DNA of 64,000 nucleotides, from the NCBI RefSeq assembly GCF_004010195.1, contig NC_057713.1, positions 42,095,727-42,159,726 of the forward strand, read 5' to 3'. The stretch comes from Chiloscyllium plagiosum (lineage: Eukaryota). The notes under the pieces are model-generated. The model was not told where the DNA came from. It saw nothing but the letters and a program-made list of their open reading frames with translations, and did no database searches. The position numbers and the translations under genes are program-made. Every line of letters begins with the position of its first letter. The first letter of the stretch is position 1. Shown here one piece after another: positions 24,358 to 37,500 of the stretch.

Positions 24358-24615
24358 AGATTACTTACTTACAGTGTGGAAACAGGCCCCTCAGCCCAAC
24401 AAGTCCACACTGATCCACAACCACTGATCACCTAACACTATGGGCAATTTAGTGTGGCCAATCCACCTAACCTGCACATTTTTGGATTGTGGGAGGAAAC
24501 CTGAGCATACCCACGGGGAGATGTGTAAACTCCACACAGAGAGTCGCCTGAGGCAGGAACTGAACCTGGATCTGTGGCGCTGTGAGGTAGCAGTGCTCAC
24601 CACTATGCCACTATG
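24358..24615 (-). mobile_element. HE1 SINE
   Basis: acagtgtggaaacaggccc...gcgctgtgaggtagcagtgctcaccact. Confidence 0.85.
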
Positions 24616-24869
24616 GCTCTTAAAACATCTTAAAGGGATGAAGGCCAGGGATAGGATAGCAACATAAAGGGAGTCTGGGGCCAAAATAGAGGAAATAATA
24701 TATAAAAAGAGAGAGAAACAAAGCCAGTGAAAGACATATATAAACAATGTATTGGCAAATCCTTTCAAAAAAAGATTGACAATGAGAAATGGAATACATA
24801 AATTTAATTATGAACTGGGTAGTCAATCATACTTTTAATGAATTACAAATATTCAAGTAACACTTGTAG

Positions 24870-27408
24870 TTTTATTTTGCAGGTTGAGTGATAGATGATG
24901 CTGAGAAGGGAGCTTTGAAAGTCGTGCTTGCCATTGGCAAGGAGGTTCTTTGCAGAATTACTTCTTCTGTTGTTTCTGTGGATGATCAGAAAGGTCCATA
25001 AAACATTTGGAGCACACATGAAGACAACTTAAGGTCAGAATGAACTTCAGGATTAACAGATTCCAACTCATGTCATGCAGACATAACTGCAATAGTCTAC
25101 TGGCCAGTTTGTCAGTAAAAGCTGCAAGAAAGAGCATGAATGTGATTTTTCTGAAGAACTGTCAGAGAGGCTATCACATTAGTAATCACCTCTACACAAA
25201 TTAAAGCCTTCAGAAAGAATCTTTTAGGCAAGGTAAAAGGTCATCATTGATCCTTTACTTGAAGATGGACATAAGTGTAAGTCTATAGTTGTAGGCCAAC
25301 AACAGTTACATGGCATAATTCAGGTTGTGCCAACACTCATTTCAAGGTTAATAAAGTGCTCCAAACCCATAGGAGCAATAACAGATGCTGTTTGTTGCAC
25401 CTACCGAAAAGCTGTCCACTTTCTTTGATATCCACAAAACATGTGGCTCCAAAGGGCATTAGGCAGGAAAATGGTTTCAAACGCCAAGCTAGACTCCAGA
25501 ACAAAACACAGGTGACCAACACAACACTGGTAACAAGGAAAGTGTTAGGAAAGGACACAAATGCAAATGTGTCCATGACATTCAGAGTTAACCAAGTGAG
25601 AGCTAAAGTCAACACAGGAGCTTATGATCATGATGCAACCAGCAAGATGTATCTCAGCAAGTGGCACTCTATAGTACTTACAAGAGGCCAACTCTCAGTG
25701 TATGATGGATCATCAATTCGATTCATTGATAGGATCATATTGAATATGCAAGGTCAGTGTGACTTCCTGAAACATTCTACCTCATGGATGCCAACGGTTC
25801 ACCAGTGGCAGGACTACCATTACAGACAGATCTCAGTATAGTCACAGTTCATGAAATTCAAACACACCCCCTGTGACAGAACATACCACACGTGACGTCA
25901 TTGAATCAGTTGATGTTGAAGACATTTTCAAGATTGATCTGTTCACTTTGTCCAGATCTTTTGTGACTAGTTGCAGTTGGCAAGTGCCAAAGATTAGCAA
26001 CCACAAGTGTTGCAAAATTCCATTATGCAGGGATGGCTTGCCACTGTTAAAATACTACCTGAGAACATTTATTCATTTTGAACCCTACATATCACAACAA
26101 GGTATTTTCAAGGGAAACAAGTCCTAATACCAAAAGCATTATGCCAAGACATCATGTCCACGTTATACCAGGGTTATATAGATGTTAAATGTACAAAAAT
26201 ACTTGGATGTGAATCTTTGTACTGGCCTTTGATGAATTAGAATATTTAACACCTCATGAATATATATGAGGCATGCAAAACCAACAATGAAGGAATCCTC
26301 CATGACCTGTATGATATTTAATCCACTCCTTGGATGAAAGTAGCAATAAGCCTATTCATGGAGGATGGAGATTACAAGCTCATAAAAGATTAAATCTTTA
26401 AATTTCCTGTTGTTTGACTGACTACTCAGTGACACATTGGGTGCAATCATTGCTGACAGGGTGACTGCTATTTCCTGTTTATGTAGTGTCCCACAGTGGA
26501 CAACAGTTCACTGCAAACCATTTAAAGACATAAGTACTAAGTTGGGAATGACCCATATCATATGGTCATCCCACTATTCACATGTAAATTGTTTTGTGGA
26601 ATGTATGATATGTACTAACATATTGCATTGCTGCTTTTTTTCTGCAACACCAGTGGAGAAGGGATTACAATCTCCAGTACAGGTTTCACTCAGAAAGTAA
26701 GTGCAAACAACTTTGCCCAGCAATCAATTGTATAATCATTCTGAACACAGAAAATTCTTCTTCAAAGACAGAAAATGAGAAAACTACACAATGATCAAGC
26801 AAATCAAAGATTATTAAAACTGAGCACTGGACGGCATGAATTAGAAATACAAATACTTGGATGCTTGCAAAAGTTTCTATAGCATACAACCAGCCCAGAT
26901 CATGAAATATTATAACTGATCATGGTGCTACATTGCAAAGGAGCAAATGTCAGCTCAGGTAGTGTATATTCAGCAAATGAATCATCCAGGAGGATCATGA
27001 GGTGAACATTCTGACTATAGTGATTGTGCCATAATGTTGTGTGACAGTAAGCACCAGCAAGACAACCGAATCTCAATCAAAAGCAACAACATTACACTTA
27101 AACTTCAACTAATCTTAGAAAGTCTCCTTTTACCTATTCGTATGATTACTGAATTGACAACATGTGCTTGTGACTACCTTGCATACCTTTTAGTGCTTGG
27201 AGAAAAGGATATTTTTTGTCCTGTCTCACAGCCAATATGTCAGTATACCTTTAAGAGACACACTCAGGACATCATCACTGAATCACAGCATGTGACTACT
27301 TGGTATAAAAGTCTGAGACTCCATTCTAACTCAAGCTACTTGAAGCATGACACAGTGATGAAAGCAGTCATGCTCCATAACTGAATAGTTTAATACTATT
27401 TCCTGACA
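24870..27408 (+). mobile_element. Decayed Gypsy LTR retrotransposon, RT/RNase H apparently deleted
   Basis: Knuckle remnant CGSKGH (~25440), protease KVNTGA (~25605), integrase LIPKAL..DIM..LYQGY...ESLYWP, PWMKVA and HIIWSSHY..VN.FVE. Polypurine ggagaaaagga at ~27200, then LTR-like DNA with TATAAAA ending ...tgaca. Confidence 0.75.
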
Positions 27409-29409
27409 CCTTTGACTCTGATATTTGTATAGAGAGTGAGATGGAATGTTCTACCATATTGCTCATATCTCGTTATTGTTACAGGAGATAACATCAGCAT
27501 TGCCACATCAGGTTAAATTACCCTGCTGGAGGCAAAACTTGTATCACCTCCCAAATATTCCGCCTTCTGTAAACTTAAGGGTATTTTAAATTGCTGCTTC
27601 TGCCTTAACTCACTTGCAGCAAATCCCTTTCACCCATCACCTCTGTGCTTGTTAAATTGCATTGGTTCCCAGTTGATCAATATGAGTTGACATTTTTTAT
27701 CCTCTCATCTGAAAACTAGAAGGACTTATAAAATGAAGTCATTTCAAAAGCAAACCTGAATGGATGAGTAGACATGCTGAATTTGAGTCCTTTGGGGGAA
27801 ATAAAATTGGCCTATTCTGAATGAACTCAAATGAACCTAAAATGGACATTAGTATATTCTGGCAAATGTAAGTCTTTTCATGATTATTTATGCACACAAC
27901 ATATTTAATAATAGTTGGGTGCAGCCATCTCAGGAGGTAATAATCATTCTGAATTTTTGAACAGATTCATTAAGTAAGATGACAATGATTTCCCAAAACA
28001 ACCAGCAAAACCCAACTGGTCCTGGATGGTCTTGCAAGGTTCAAAATCTGTTTCTTTGATCAATGAATCTGACACACCTTCTGTTTTTTGCATTTCCTTC
28101 ATGTAAAATTTGTAAAATTCACCACAGTTTAATAAGTTCATGAATTCAAACAGATATAATGACATGATTTTAACTGTATTTGTCAAGTCAGAACTAGTAA
28201 CTAAAATTGTGCAAATCTATTTCCTGCCCTTGTATCTGAAATATCGTTTATCTAAAAAATATAGCTGGTTCCAAGGTTTTTGGATAAAGGATACCTGATA
28301 ATACCCCGATTGTGAAATTCTCATCCTGTTTCTAAACCCTGCAGAACTTCTTCCTTTCCTTATTTCTACAACTATTCCACCCTCACAAACCTCCAAGATA
28401 GTCTCTTTTTATTATTCTTTCAAAGGCTGTGGGCTTCATTGTTATTTCATTGCATATGTTGAAATATCCTGGAGGATATATTAGTAATTTAAGGAATATC
28501 TCTGATCTAATTTGTCCCACCTTTTGTAACTAATGTCCTCCTAGGCCCGAAACTCCAAATCTCAAAAACGTATCTGTTTGACCAGAGAAAGGCTTTGATG
28601 CAAGCGCTTTTAGTTACAGCTGCCCTAATATCACCTTATGCAGCTCAGTGTCAAATGTTGATTCATAGCTTCTTCAAGAAGCACTTTGGAATGTTTAATT
28701 ATGCTAAAATTGCTACATAAATACAGTTTGTCGTTGATGCTATTATCATTGATTGGTTGACTTGGTGTTTCATACACTGCCATGTAATTCTTCTCATGTT
28801 TCCCACGCAGAAGAAGAAACACTCTATCAAAGAGTAGGTTTTTGTGTGTAAACTGCTAGACAGACTAATTGGATAGTAAACAAATAAATGAATGGTGCCA
28901 AGAACAAACAGTAGGTTTAAGGTAATTATATACTTAATAGACTTGCTTCTCTGAACTAACATTCAACTGAAACTTTGAAACAAGGACCTGTCCAGTTGCA
29001 TATATTAATCTCAACTTTTCCCTCTCTCGTTTCAATTCAAAAATTAGTTGCTTGAGAGAATGTCAGCCTTAGAAATATCATGCAGCATTTTTTGAATATT
29101 GTAGAGCATTTAACATACCAAAACACTCTAAGATGTGTTAGAAAATGGGACCATTCACAATCTATGTTCAGTGATCCACTCTTGATTAGATCAAAGCACT
29201 AATAACACATACAAATGTCGGAAAGACCTGTGGAATAAGGGTCCTGGAATTAAAAGGCTTCGCCCTTCGCTCTTTTGATTTGAATCAAACAATCAGGTTC
29301 AATCTGATTATCAATGCAATAACACTTTTGACACCTATTTCTAATAGTATTTTGGAACACGACGGCAGGGACAATCTGTGACAGGATTTCCTTTTACAGG
29401 TAATCCTTT

Positions 29410-29790
29410 AGAATCATAGAATCCCTACAGTGCAGAAAGAGTTCATTCAGGCCATTGAGTAAGCACTGACCCTCTGAAGAGCATCCCACCCACACCCCTA
29501 CCCTATCCCCATAACCCTGCATTTCCCATGGCTAACCCATCTAATCTGCACATCCCTGGACACTATGGGACAGTTTAGCTTAGCCAAACCATCTAACCTG
29601 CACATCTTGGGAGGAAAGCGGAATACTCAGAGGAAATCCACGCAGGCACATGGACATGAACACACAAATAAGATAGATAAGTCCCTACGTAATGTACGTG
29701 ATGTATCGAAGCTAATTATGCAAACTCCACCCAAGGCTGTGATTAAACCCAGGTTCCTGGCATTGTGAGGCAGCTGCATGAATCAGCAAA
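29410..29790 (-). mobile_element. HE1 SINE carrying a ~70-bp foreign insert
   Basis: atagaatccctacagtg tail...caaactccac...tgtgaggcagc. Confidence 0.8.
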
Positions 29791-29920
29791 CTGCTAACCA
29801 TCCTCATTGACAATGAAATAAAAGTTAAATACTATGGACGCTGGAAATCTGAAACAAACACAAAGAATAGAGGAGAAACTCACCATGTTTGGCACCATCT
29901 GTGAAGAAAGGAACAGAGTT

Positions 29921-29952
29921 AATGTTTCGAATCCAGTGTGACTCTTCTTCAG
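29921..29952 (-). ncRNA. Hammerhead motif in a PLE pLTR fragment (29820-29955)
   Basis: Minus strand CTGAAGA-A-GAGTC(ACACTG)GATTC-GAAA-CA-TT. Confidence 0.55.
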
Positions 29953-32274
29953 AAATTGTTAACACTGCTGCATTTAAAGATATTTCGCTTTATTGTGATC
30001 ATGTTAATGGAGTCTGTTAAGCATGCAAGATTCTCTTTAACATTGTAACCCATGTGATCTACAGTCTCACCCCCTCTCCAACTGTTCAACTTTCAGGCCC
30101 TTCCTCTTCCCTACCCTCTATCTTCTGGCCTGTCCTCCTCCCTGGACTTCCATATTGCAATGTCTCTTCATCCCTAACCCTTTGAGTTATGACTTCTCCC
30201 CACACCAATCTCTTTGATTTGTGGCCACTCTGTGTGTCTGTTTGACTGTATTACCTGAAGCCTTTCCTCCTCCTCTGACTCTAAGATTTGCAGCCTCTCT
30301 GACTCTCTGACATGCGGATCCCCGCATCCCCTCAACCCACCGACCCACTGACATGCAGATATCCCCCCTCTCTGACACTCCAACTTGTGCCCTCCATTCG
30401 ATGCCAAAGTTCTGATGTGATCAGTGCTCACAAGAGACAGGAGCAGCTTTGGCAGTCATTTATTAAAAAAATATATAGTTTATAACATCCCCAGGACTAC
30501 AGCTTTGGGGCTGGCACTTCTTAAAGGAACAGAGCTGAAGGAGAGAGTAGCTGCAAATGCTTACTGAAGAGGTTGCTTCTTTTTTAAGGGCTTCAGCAGC
30601 CTGGAGCAACCTTTCAATGATGTCACATACGTGTCATAGTATGGGCGGAGTCAGATCACTCCAGTCAACTAAACCATACTGCATTTGATGACATTTCACA
30701 TTGGAATGAGAGAGAATCTTGATAACACATAGACATGAACACACAAATAAGACAGCTTAGCCCCTACCTGATATATCTAAGCTTATTATGTATAGTTACA
30801 CTTAGGATGAAAATCTAATAAATAAACAGGAAGACAATTCTTTACTTTTTCCTTGATGTGTCTATCTTGAAGCTGAATTCATAATGTGACATCATTTCTC
30901 ATGATAAGAGAGTAGCTATTGATTGGAACAGGAAATAAGAAAATAGGCTGGTATTATAGAAGAAAGTGTGCTCATAGTTTGGTAAGGACAGGAACGATGG
31001 AGATGTGTGTCATGGCATTTGATCAAAATATTTTAAATTTTCAGGAACGCAGTCGCAGCTTTAAATGAGGACTATCTGTACATGTACGCATCCCATTGAT
31101 ACTCATAGAGACAACCTGTCAAGGTCCTTCGTTGTACATTGAATTGTCTAACCATTTTCTGTAAATGTGCCTCGATTTTTAACCTTGCATTGACAATGGC
31201 CAGTAAGACAGATCACACAATCCATCATAGTCAAAACGTTTCGCTTTGACACAGCTACTGGGAAATAGATTGTTACAATAGGGAGCTTAAGGCGCTAACC
31301 TTTTTGTTGATGATCACAATTCCACCAGGAATGCTGCAATATACCTTGCAGGGAAGTTATGAGAGGGGAGACCATGTGCAATAAATTCCTGATTTAAGTT
31401 ATGCTTCAGAGGGTATTTGTTAAGCAGAGGTCAAGCAGGGATATCTGCATAAGAGGGAAGAAAAATAAAACAAAATTCCAGTGTGTTGTTTCTTTTGTTC
31501 TCTCTATGGGTATAATGAAAATACTTCTATCTAATTGCTTTGTAGTGCCTTCTGTTGCTAAGTTGTAAGGAGAAATTGATCCCAGGTTGGGTAGCAGCCC
31601 TTAACAAAACAAAAAAACTGAACAACAAAAAAGTTTGAGCAATCCATTGGCCCCCTTGTTTATGTACTCCATGTGTTATATCAGTAATTCACCAGATTTT
31701 CAAATTGATGATTGCCTCCACAAACATAATTCTTAATTAAACATATATTTCTGTGATTCCTTCCTAAAACTCATGCGAATTAAACATTCCCTAATGCCTT
31801 TTGTTAACGGGTATTGATCCAATGTCTTCCTAATCAATTGACAAAGAATTGTCTACCTTTTCTGATAGTGTATTTCATAAAATCCAGTAGACTGGCGAAT
31901 ATATTTTTCATCTCTGGATTTGTGTTACTTGAGTGAATCTTTCAATTGTTTTTCAGCTGTAGGATGAATTTCACATATTGTAAATATTTGTGATTTTCTA
32001 CTGTTGCTGTAAAATCCAAGACAGGGTCCATTACTAAAGGTCACCATTCAAAGTACAGTAACAATATTGATGAGACAATGCTAAGATTGATACATTGCCA
32101 TATGATCAATCAAGATATTTTTGAATTAGCACCATTAACATGAATTGCTGTTACTTTCTCTATGTTTCTACAGAATAAGCATTGAGAGTCAGTCTTTTTA
32201 TAGCAAAGAACGAGGTCCCTAAGCCCATCTTGTCCACGTCAGTCATTAAATTTGCAATGATGTCTCAGAACTGC

Positions 32275-32388
32275 ATGCCCGAAACGTCAATTTTCCTGTT
32301 CCTCGGATGCTATCTGACCTGCTGTTCTTTTCCAGCATCACTCTAATCTTGACTCTGATCTCCAGCATCTGCGGTCCTCACTTTCTCC
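32275..32388 (+). mobile_element. PLE family B pLTR fragment (3' half of hammerhead) inside an old CR1
   Basis: atgcccgaaacgtc...gatgctatctgacctgctg...ccagcatctgcggtcctcactttctcc. Confidence 0.7.
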
Positions 32389-32628
32389 TCCTTCCTATAC
32401 TGTGGTGACCAGAATTGCACAATACGAGAGCTGTGGTGTAAATAATGTTATATACAGTTCCATCATAACTTCCTTATTCTTATGTTTATTGTCTTGACTA
32501 ATAAAGGCACATATCTCATATGCCTTCTAAACCAATTTATCTACCAGTTCTGCTGCTTTCAAGAATCTATGGGCATGCTCATCACAGTCTCTCTAATCTC
32601 CCTGGGGTCCTACTATTCAACTTGTACT

Positions 32629-32812
32629 CTTTTAGGAGAAAGTGAGGACTGCAGATGCTGGAGATCAGAGCTGAAAATGTGTTGCTGGAAAAGCGCAGCA
32701 GGTCAGGCAGCATCCAATGGATTCCTGAAGAAGGGCTCATGCCCGAAACGTTGATTCTCCTGCTCCTTGGATGCTGCCTGACCTGCTGCGCTTTTCCAGC
32801 AACACATTTTCA
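32629..32812. mobile_element. Miniature inverted-pLTR PLE insertion: 46-bp perfect hairpin around a hammerhead
   Basis: 32672-32717 is the exact reverse complement of 32767-32812. Loop holds CTGAAGA-A-GGGC(TCAT)GCCC-GAAA-CG-TT. Direct repeat ttcaacttgtact at 32616 and 32809. Confidence 0.85.
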
Positions 32813-34219
32813 ACTTGTACTTTTTGCCTTATTAGTCCTCCCAAAACATATATCACACTTTTCAGGATAAAATACCATTTGCACTGTTCAGCCCATATAT
32901 ATCATCCTTTATTCTCAGACTTTCCTCCTCACTATTTACCACAACACCAATTTTTGTGTTGTCTGTGACCTTGCTGATCATAGCCGACATCATTAATGTA
33001 CACAAAACACAGCAAGGGACCCTGTACAAAAGCAACCTGCAATGAACTCTTTGTAACCTCAAAACATCAGGAGAACACCTCTGGAATTCTGCCTCTGTAT
33101 CTCTTGTTCACTATGAAATCACACTAACTGTGCACTAACTGCTCCAGCCTGAACAGCCAGCTGGGATATTGGAGCATTGCTATGTCAATGCAACATCAGT
33201 GAAGAAGCAGCGTAAAAGCCTGAAGAAACGTCATTTCTTCACTCTTCTCCTTCCCAATCAGGTTAGTGAGCAGAACTGGATTTCCACTTAATAGCTCTAT
33301 TCCTAAACCCCAACTGAAGCAGAAACTGGACTTTCAGTGAGCCCTCCTGACCCTGTAAACTGTCTCTGTATTGAGTGTTTTAAATGCTGGTGAAGTTATC
33401 TTTGAGCTTTTCCCATACCAAGCAGGTTATCCTAAGCCCCTCAAGTCCCACTAGTTTCACTCTTTATCTTCTGAAAATGCTCTTCCAATATCATTGCAGA
33501 AACCATGCCACTTTTTCAGAAGCAGATGCAATTTAGATGTTCTGTAGCCATTTGGAAAGCTACTGAAAGACACTAAGTGTGTAAGATAAATGTGGATGGC
33601 ATCTGGGTGTGGGTACAGGTTAGGCCCAGAGGGTGGCAGATGGATGAGAATTGCAAGTTCGCAGTAGCTGAGGTTTAGGGTATTGGGTAAGTCCATAGAT
33701 GCTTATGGTGGGATGAGGGATCAGGCATGGGGGTAGGGTGAGATGGGCAGCTTTCAAAACAGATCCAGTTGTGAGGTACAGTCATTTGAGAAAAGTGGCA
33801 GGGGTGGGGGAGCAAGCCATAGGGAGAGTTGATGGAGGTGGAGGAAAGGGGTGGATGTTATGTTGGAGTTTGGCGTCAGGAAGGGCAAGTTCTGATTGGG
33901 TCTGGCAGCTCTGATGGGAGTGTTGGGGAAAGTGATGCCATCATTAGAGTGAGTGGTGTGTATGCCATTTTTCAATATTAACCCTTTCAAACACTTCCAG
34001 AATTGAATGCAGCAGTCTCAATCAAACTTGATGCGCAGCATTAAATTCCATCTCCTGTATTCTGAAATGCATGTTAATGTTCTAAAAAGAGTTAACCTTT
34101 AACTTCACTATTTTTTAGATGGTGGCAAATAATATTTCTGCCAAGATGGAGGCAATATCAGATTGCTATTGGCTGATTCATATCCTATAGCAGCTTCAGC
34201 ACTTACTGGTGAAGCAATT

Positions 34220-34560
34220 GCCTAGTGGTGATGTCACTAGACCTATTAATTGCGAGATCCAGGTAATGTTCTGAGGATCTGGGTTCAAATCCTATCATGG
34301 TGGATTTTTGAATTGAAAAAAAATTTGGAATTAGGAATCTAACGATGATCATGAAACCATTGACAATTCTTGGGGAAAACTTACTTAGTTCACTAATGTC
34401 CTTTTAGGGAAGGAAACTATCATTCTTACATGGTCTGGTCTACATTTGACTCCAGACTCACTGCAATGTGATTGACTCCTGACTGCCCTCTGGGCAATTA
34501 GGGATGGGCAATAAATGCTGACTTAGCCACCAATGTCCACATCCTGTGAATTAATTTTTA
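34220..34560 (+). mobile_element. tRNA-derived SINE with LINE-like tail
   Basis: tagtggtgatgtcactagac (A box), gggttcaaatcc (B box), ...gggcaattagggatgggcaataaatgctg tail. Confidence 0.8.
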
Positions 34561-37500
34561 AAAAAGCATTAACAACAATCAGTTTCTTCTACACACATTG
34601 CTGAAAGCTCAGTAAATTATGTAGGGATCCTGATGAGATGCAGGAAATTTCAAAACTCTCTAGAAAATGCATATTCTGTTATTTTCCATAAATTTTAAAA
34701 GATTTATTTGGGAAATTGAGGCAATTAACTGTAAGTATTCCCAGCAATCTGAAACATTGTCAATATTTTCTGACACAAGTAAAAACTGTGATTTTCAAGG
34801 TCGAAGAAATGTAAATAATAAAATGACACGAAACTATTTTTCTAATTCATTGATCAGTAATTGTATATTGTGGTTATCTAACAAAACAGAGCTTGCTATC
34901 AGTATAATTAGACAAAAATTGAGGATGAAATCAGTAAAATGAGCCAAACCATTTTCTAAGCCTAGTAGAAATAGTCTGAACTTAAAAACGGTATTATTAA
35001 ACCCAACAGTTAATTAAACGAGCCTGTCTTAGTTGGCTGCCTACTGGGCATCAATTCCCAGCAGAGGTCTGTGCATTGATCATTTGAATTTCAAAACGGG
35101 TGTATTTTTATATGGGACCACAGACCATGGAAGTCTGAATGATCAATTATTGACTACAGTATAGGAATGCTTCTGTGTTGGAATAAAGGACCTTAAGCTA
35201 ATTAAAGGCTGTATCAATTCTATCTGTCCCTTAGTCCAGCATAGGACATTTGTATTCCTACACAATAGCCATAATAATGAAATATGAAGGCATGCATTAT
35301 GCAAAAATCAATTATTAATATTAATGCATGAATGATTTTTGTAAGCCTATGGCAACTAATCATGTAAAAGTAAACCCTCTCAGTCTATCACTGTATGAAT
35401 TCATTTCGTGGGAACATTAAGGAGAGAGCAGAAATGATTCTAACCATTCCTGTGTGTGTTGACTTCTGATCACCTGTCCCCTCCATTTGCCTCTCTTTTT
35501 AGCTTATGCTTAGTCTAACCTCTGCACTAACCTCTGATATTTATATAGAATTTAAAGTATTTTTTGCATTCTGCTTTATACATCACTTCTATAGGTAATT
35601 TGTGGTTAATCCAGAACTCACTAATGGGCTGAATCTTGCCTTTTTTGGCTGAGTTTGAGTTGTACTGAATATTTAAGAAGGATTCCTGTTTGGGGCCTTG
35701 ACATGTTTCCTGCCAATATCTTACTGAACACATTAACCACTATCGGCTCCTATGGTGTCCTTAATATCCAATTCTAGCCCCATCTCACCACAAGCTGTGT
35801 CCAGTAGAGCTTGTGACTCAGCAGATATTCACCAAATGACCCGCATCCCTTGAGCCTTGGCAGCACAATGGCACAGGAAACTAGGCTGCGCATGTCACAA
35901 AACCAACTTGGCTAGCACTCCTGCACAGTTACAACGCCATTCTCTCAGCTTCATAGCCATTTAAACCCACACCATGCAATTTACCTGTCATTAGCTACAT
36001 CCCACCTAGAGACCCTCTAAGTTCGTGATGTTCTTTCTCCAATGCCCAGTAATCATCCACACCTTGTCATTGTCCAGTAAAGCATCAGCACATACAGTCA
36101 AGCATTCGGACAAGTCCAAATACAAGCTTTTATTGTTAGTCAGCAGAAGAGAACACAAAGGAAATTAATAGAGGCCACAATTCACCTGCACAATGTGAAC
36201 CAAATGCTGTTGGCTTGACCTTGTCAGCTCAAGTGTTTAGGATCCAGCTAGCATCTACCAGGATTGGGTATCAAATAGGCATCATCTGCCTTCTCACATC
36301 TTCTGCAGCTGAGCTCTGTCATCCACAAAGACAGCTTCCTTCTCCCCAGTATCCTCGTTTTTTTTTCCCTTTGGAGGCTGTTCCTGCTTCCTTCAGGGTC
36401 TATCACTCCCTTGTTGCCTGCCCCAGTGGTACAGGACACAGCACACCAGAATGGTGCAGCACCCCCTGTCCAGGCTATAGTCCGGTTGTATCCTCACCCT
36501 GGAGCCAAACTTTTAGTAACCCTATCATCAGCTCCACCATAACCAAGGTTGCAACATTTTCATTAACTTGGTGGAGGTGTCATGTCACTGTGTGTCCAAA
36601 ATATGCTATCCAAAAGGGAGTGCCCACTGTGCTCTGACACCCACCCCATTCCAATCACACCTCAACTATTCTACTTCCCATTACATTCACTCCAGTCCAT
36701 TGTCATACCTACATAGCTCATGAGGCAGGAATATGTCCCTCAGTCCATAGAACCTTTCCAAGTTCCACAAGTGATGGAGCTTTCATCTTCTTTTAAACTG
36801 TTGTTGCTAACTCCTACATCACTAAGATGATAATGTTAGTTTAGTTAGCATCAATGGCATGGTACAATCCACCTATGACCAGTATTTGACACATCAACAC
36901 TTTCATTCTGAATACATTGTATATGTGTGAAAAAATGTTAGTAAATGAAATGGAGCTGGAGTTTTCTAATGGATGCTTCATGTGTTTGTTCTGTCAATGT
37001 CTAAGTGGCCAGCAGACACGGATCCTGTGCTTTTCCCATCAAGGTGGTACTGACTCTACTACCCTGCGTGTTTTGTTCTAGCCATTTTTTAATTGTACTG
37101 TGCATCTAGAGAACAGCACATGATGGCAGGGAACTCAGTTCTACTTGGTCACCAGATAAAATCCAGAGCCTCCAAATCCTTTTTTCACTACCCCAATAGC
37201 CCATTTCCACCCACCATTCGCCCATTGTGGACATCCACAACATTGAACTTCATCGTCAACTGTCCACTTTGCACTTTGAACCTTGAAATCACATCTTAAT
37301 AATGCCCATCCTACTCTTTAACTCTACCCCTGAGGAGGCCAAACGTGGTGGTCACTGCCAATAACCACCTCCTCCTAGAGCCTACCAGGCCCTCTGATGC
37401 TGGTGGGCAGAGAGAGAAAGAAAGGACATCCAAGGGAATGAGTCACTATCTTTTTGGGAGAAGACCAGGAGTTCCCCTTCATCAGCCTAAGGGGAGGACC

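Noticed and set aside
30440-30720. Promoter (GC box gggcgg, CRE-like tgatgtca)
   Set aside because: Short motifs with no CpG island or linked exon; may be a decayed LINE 5' region.
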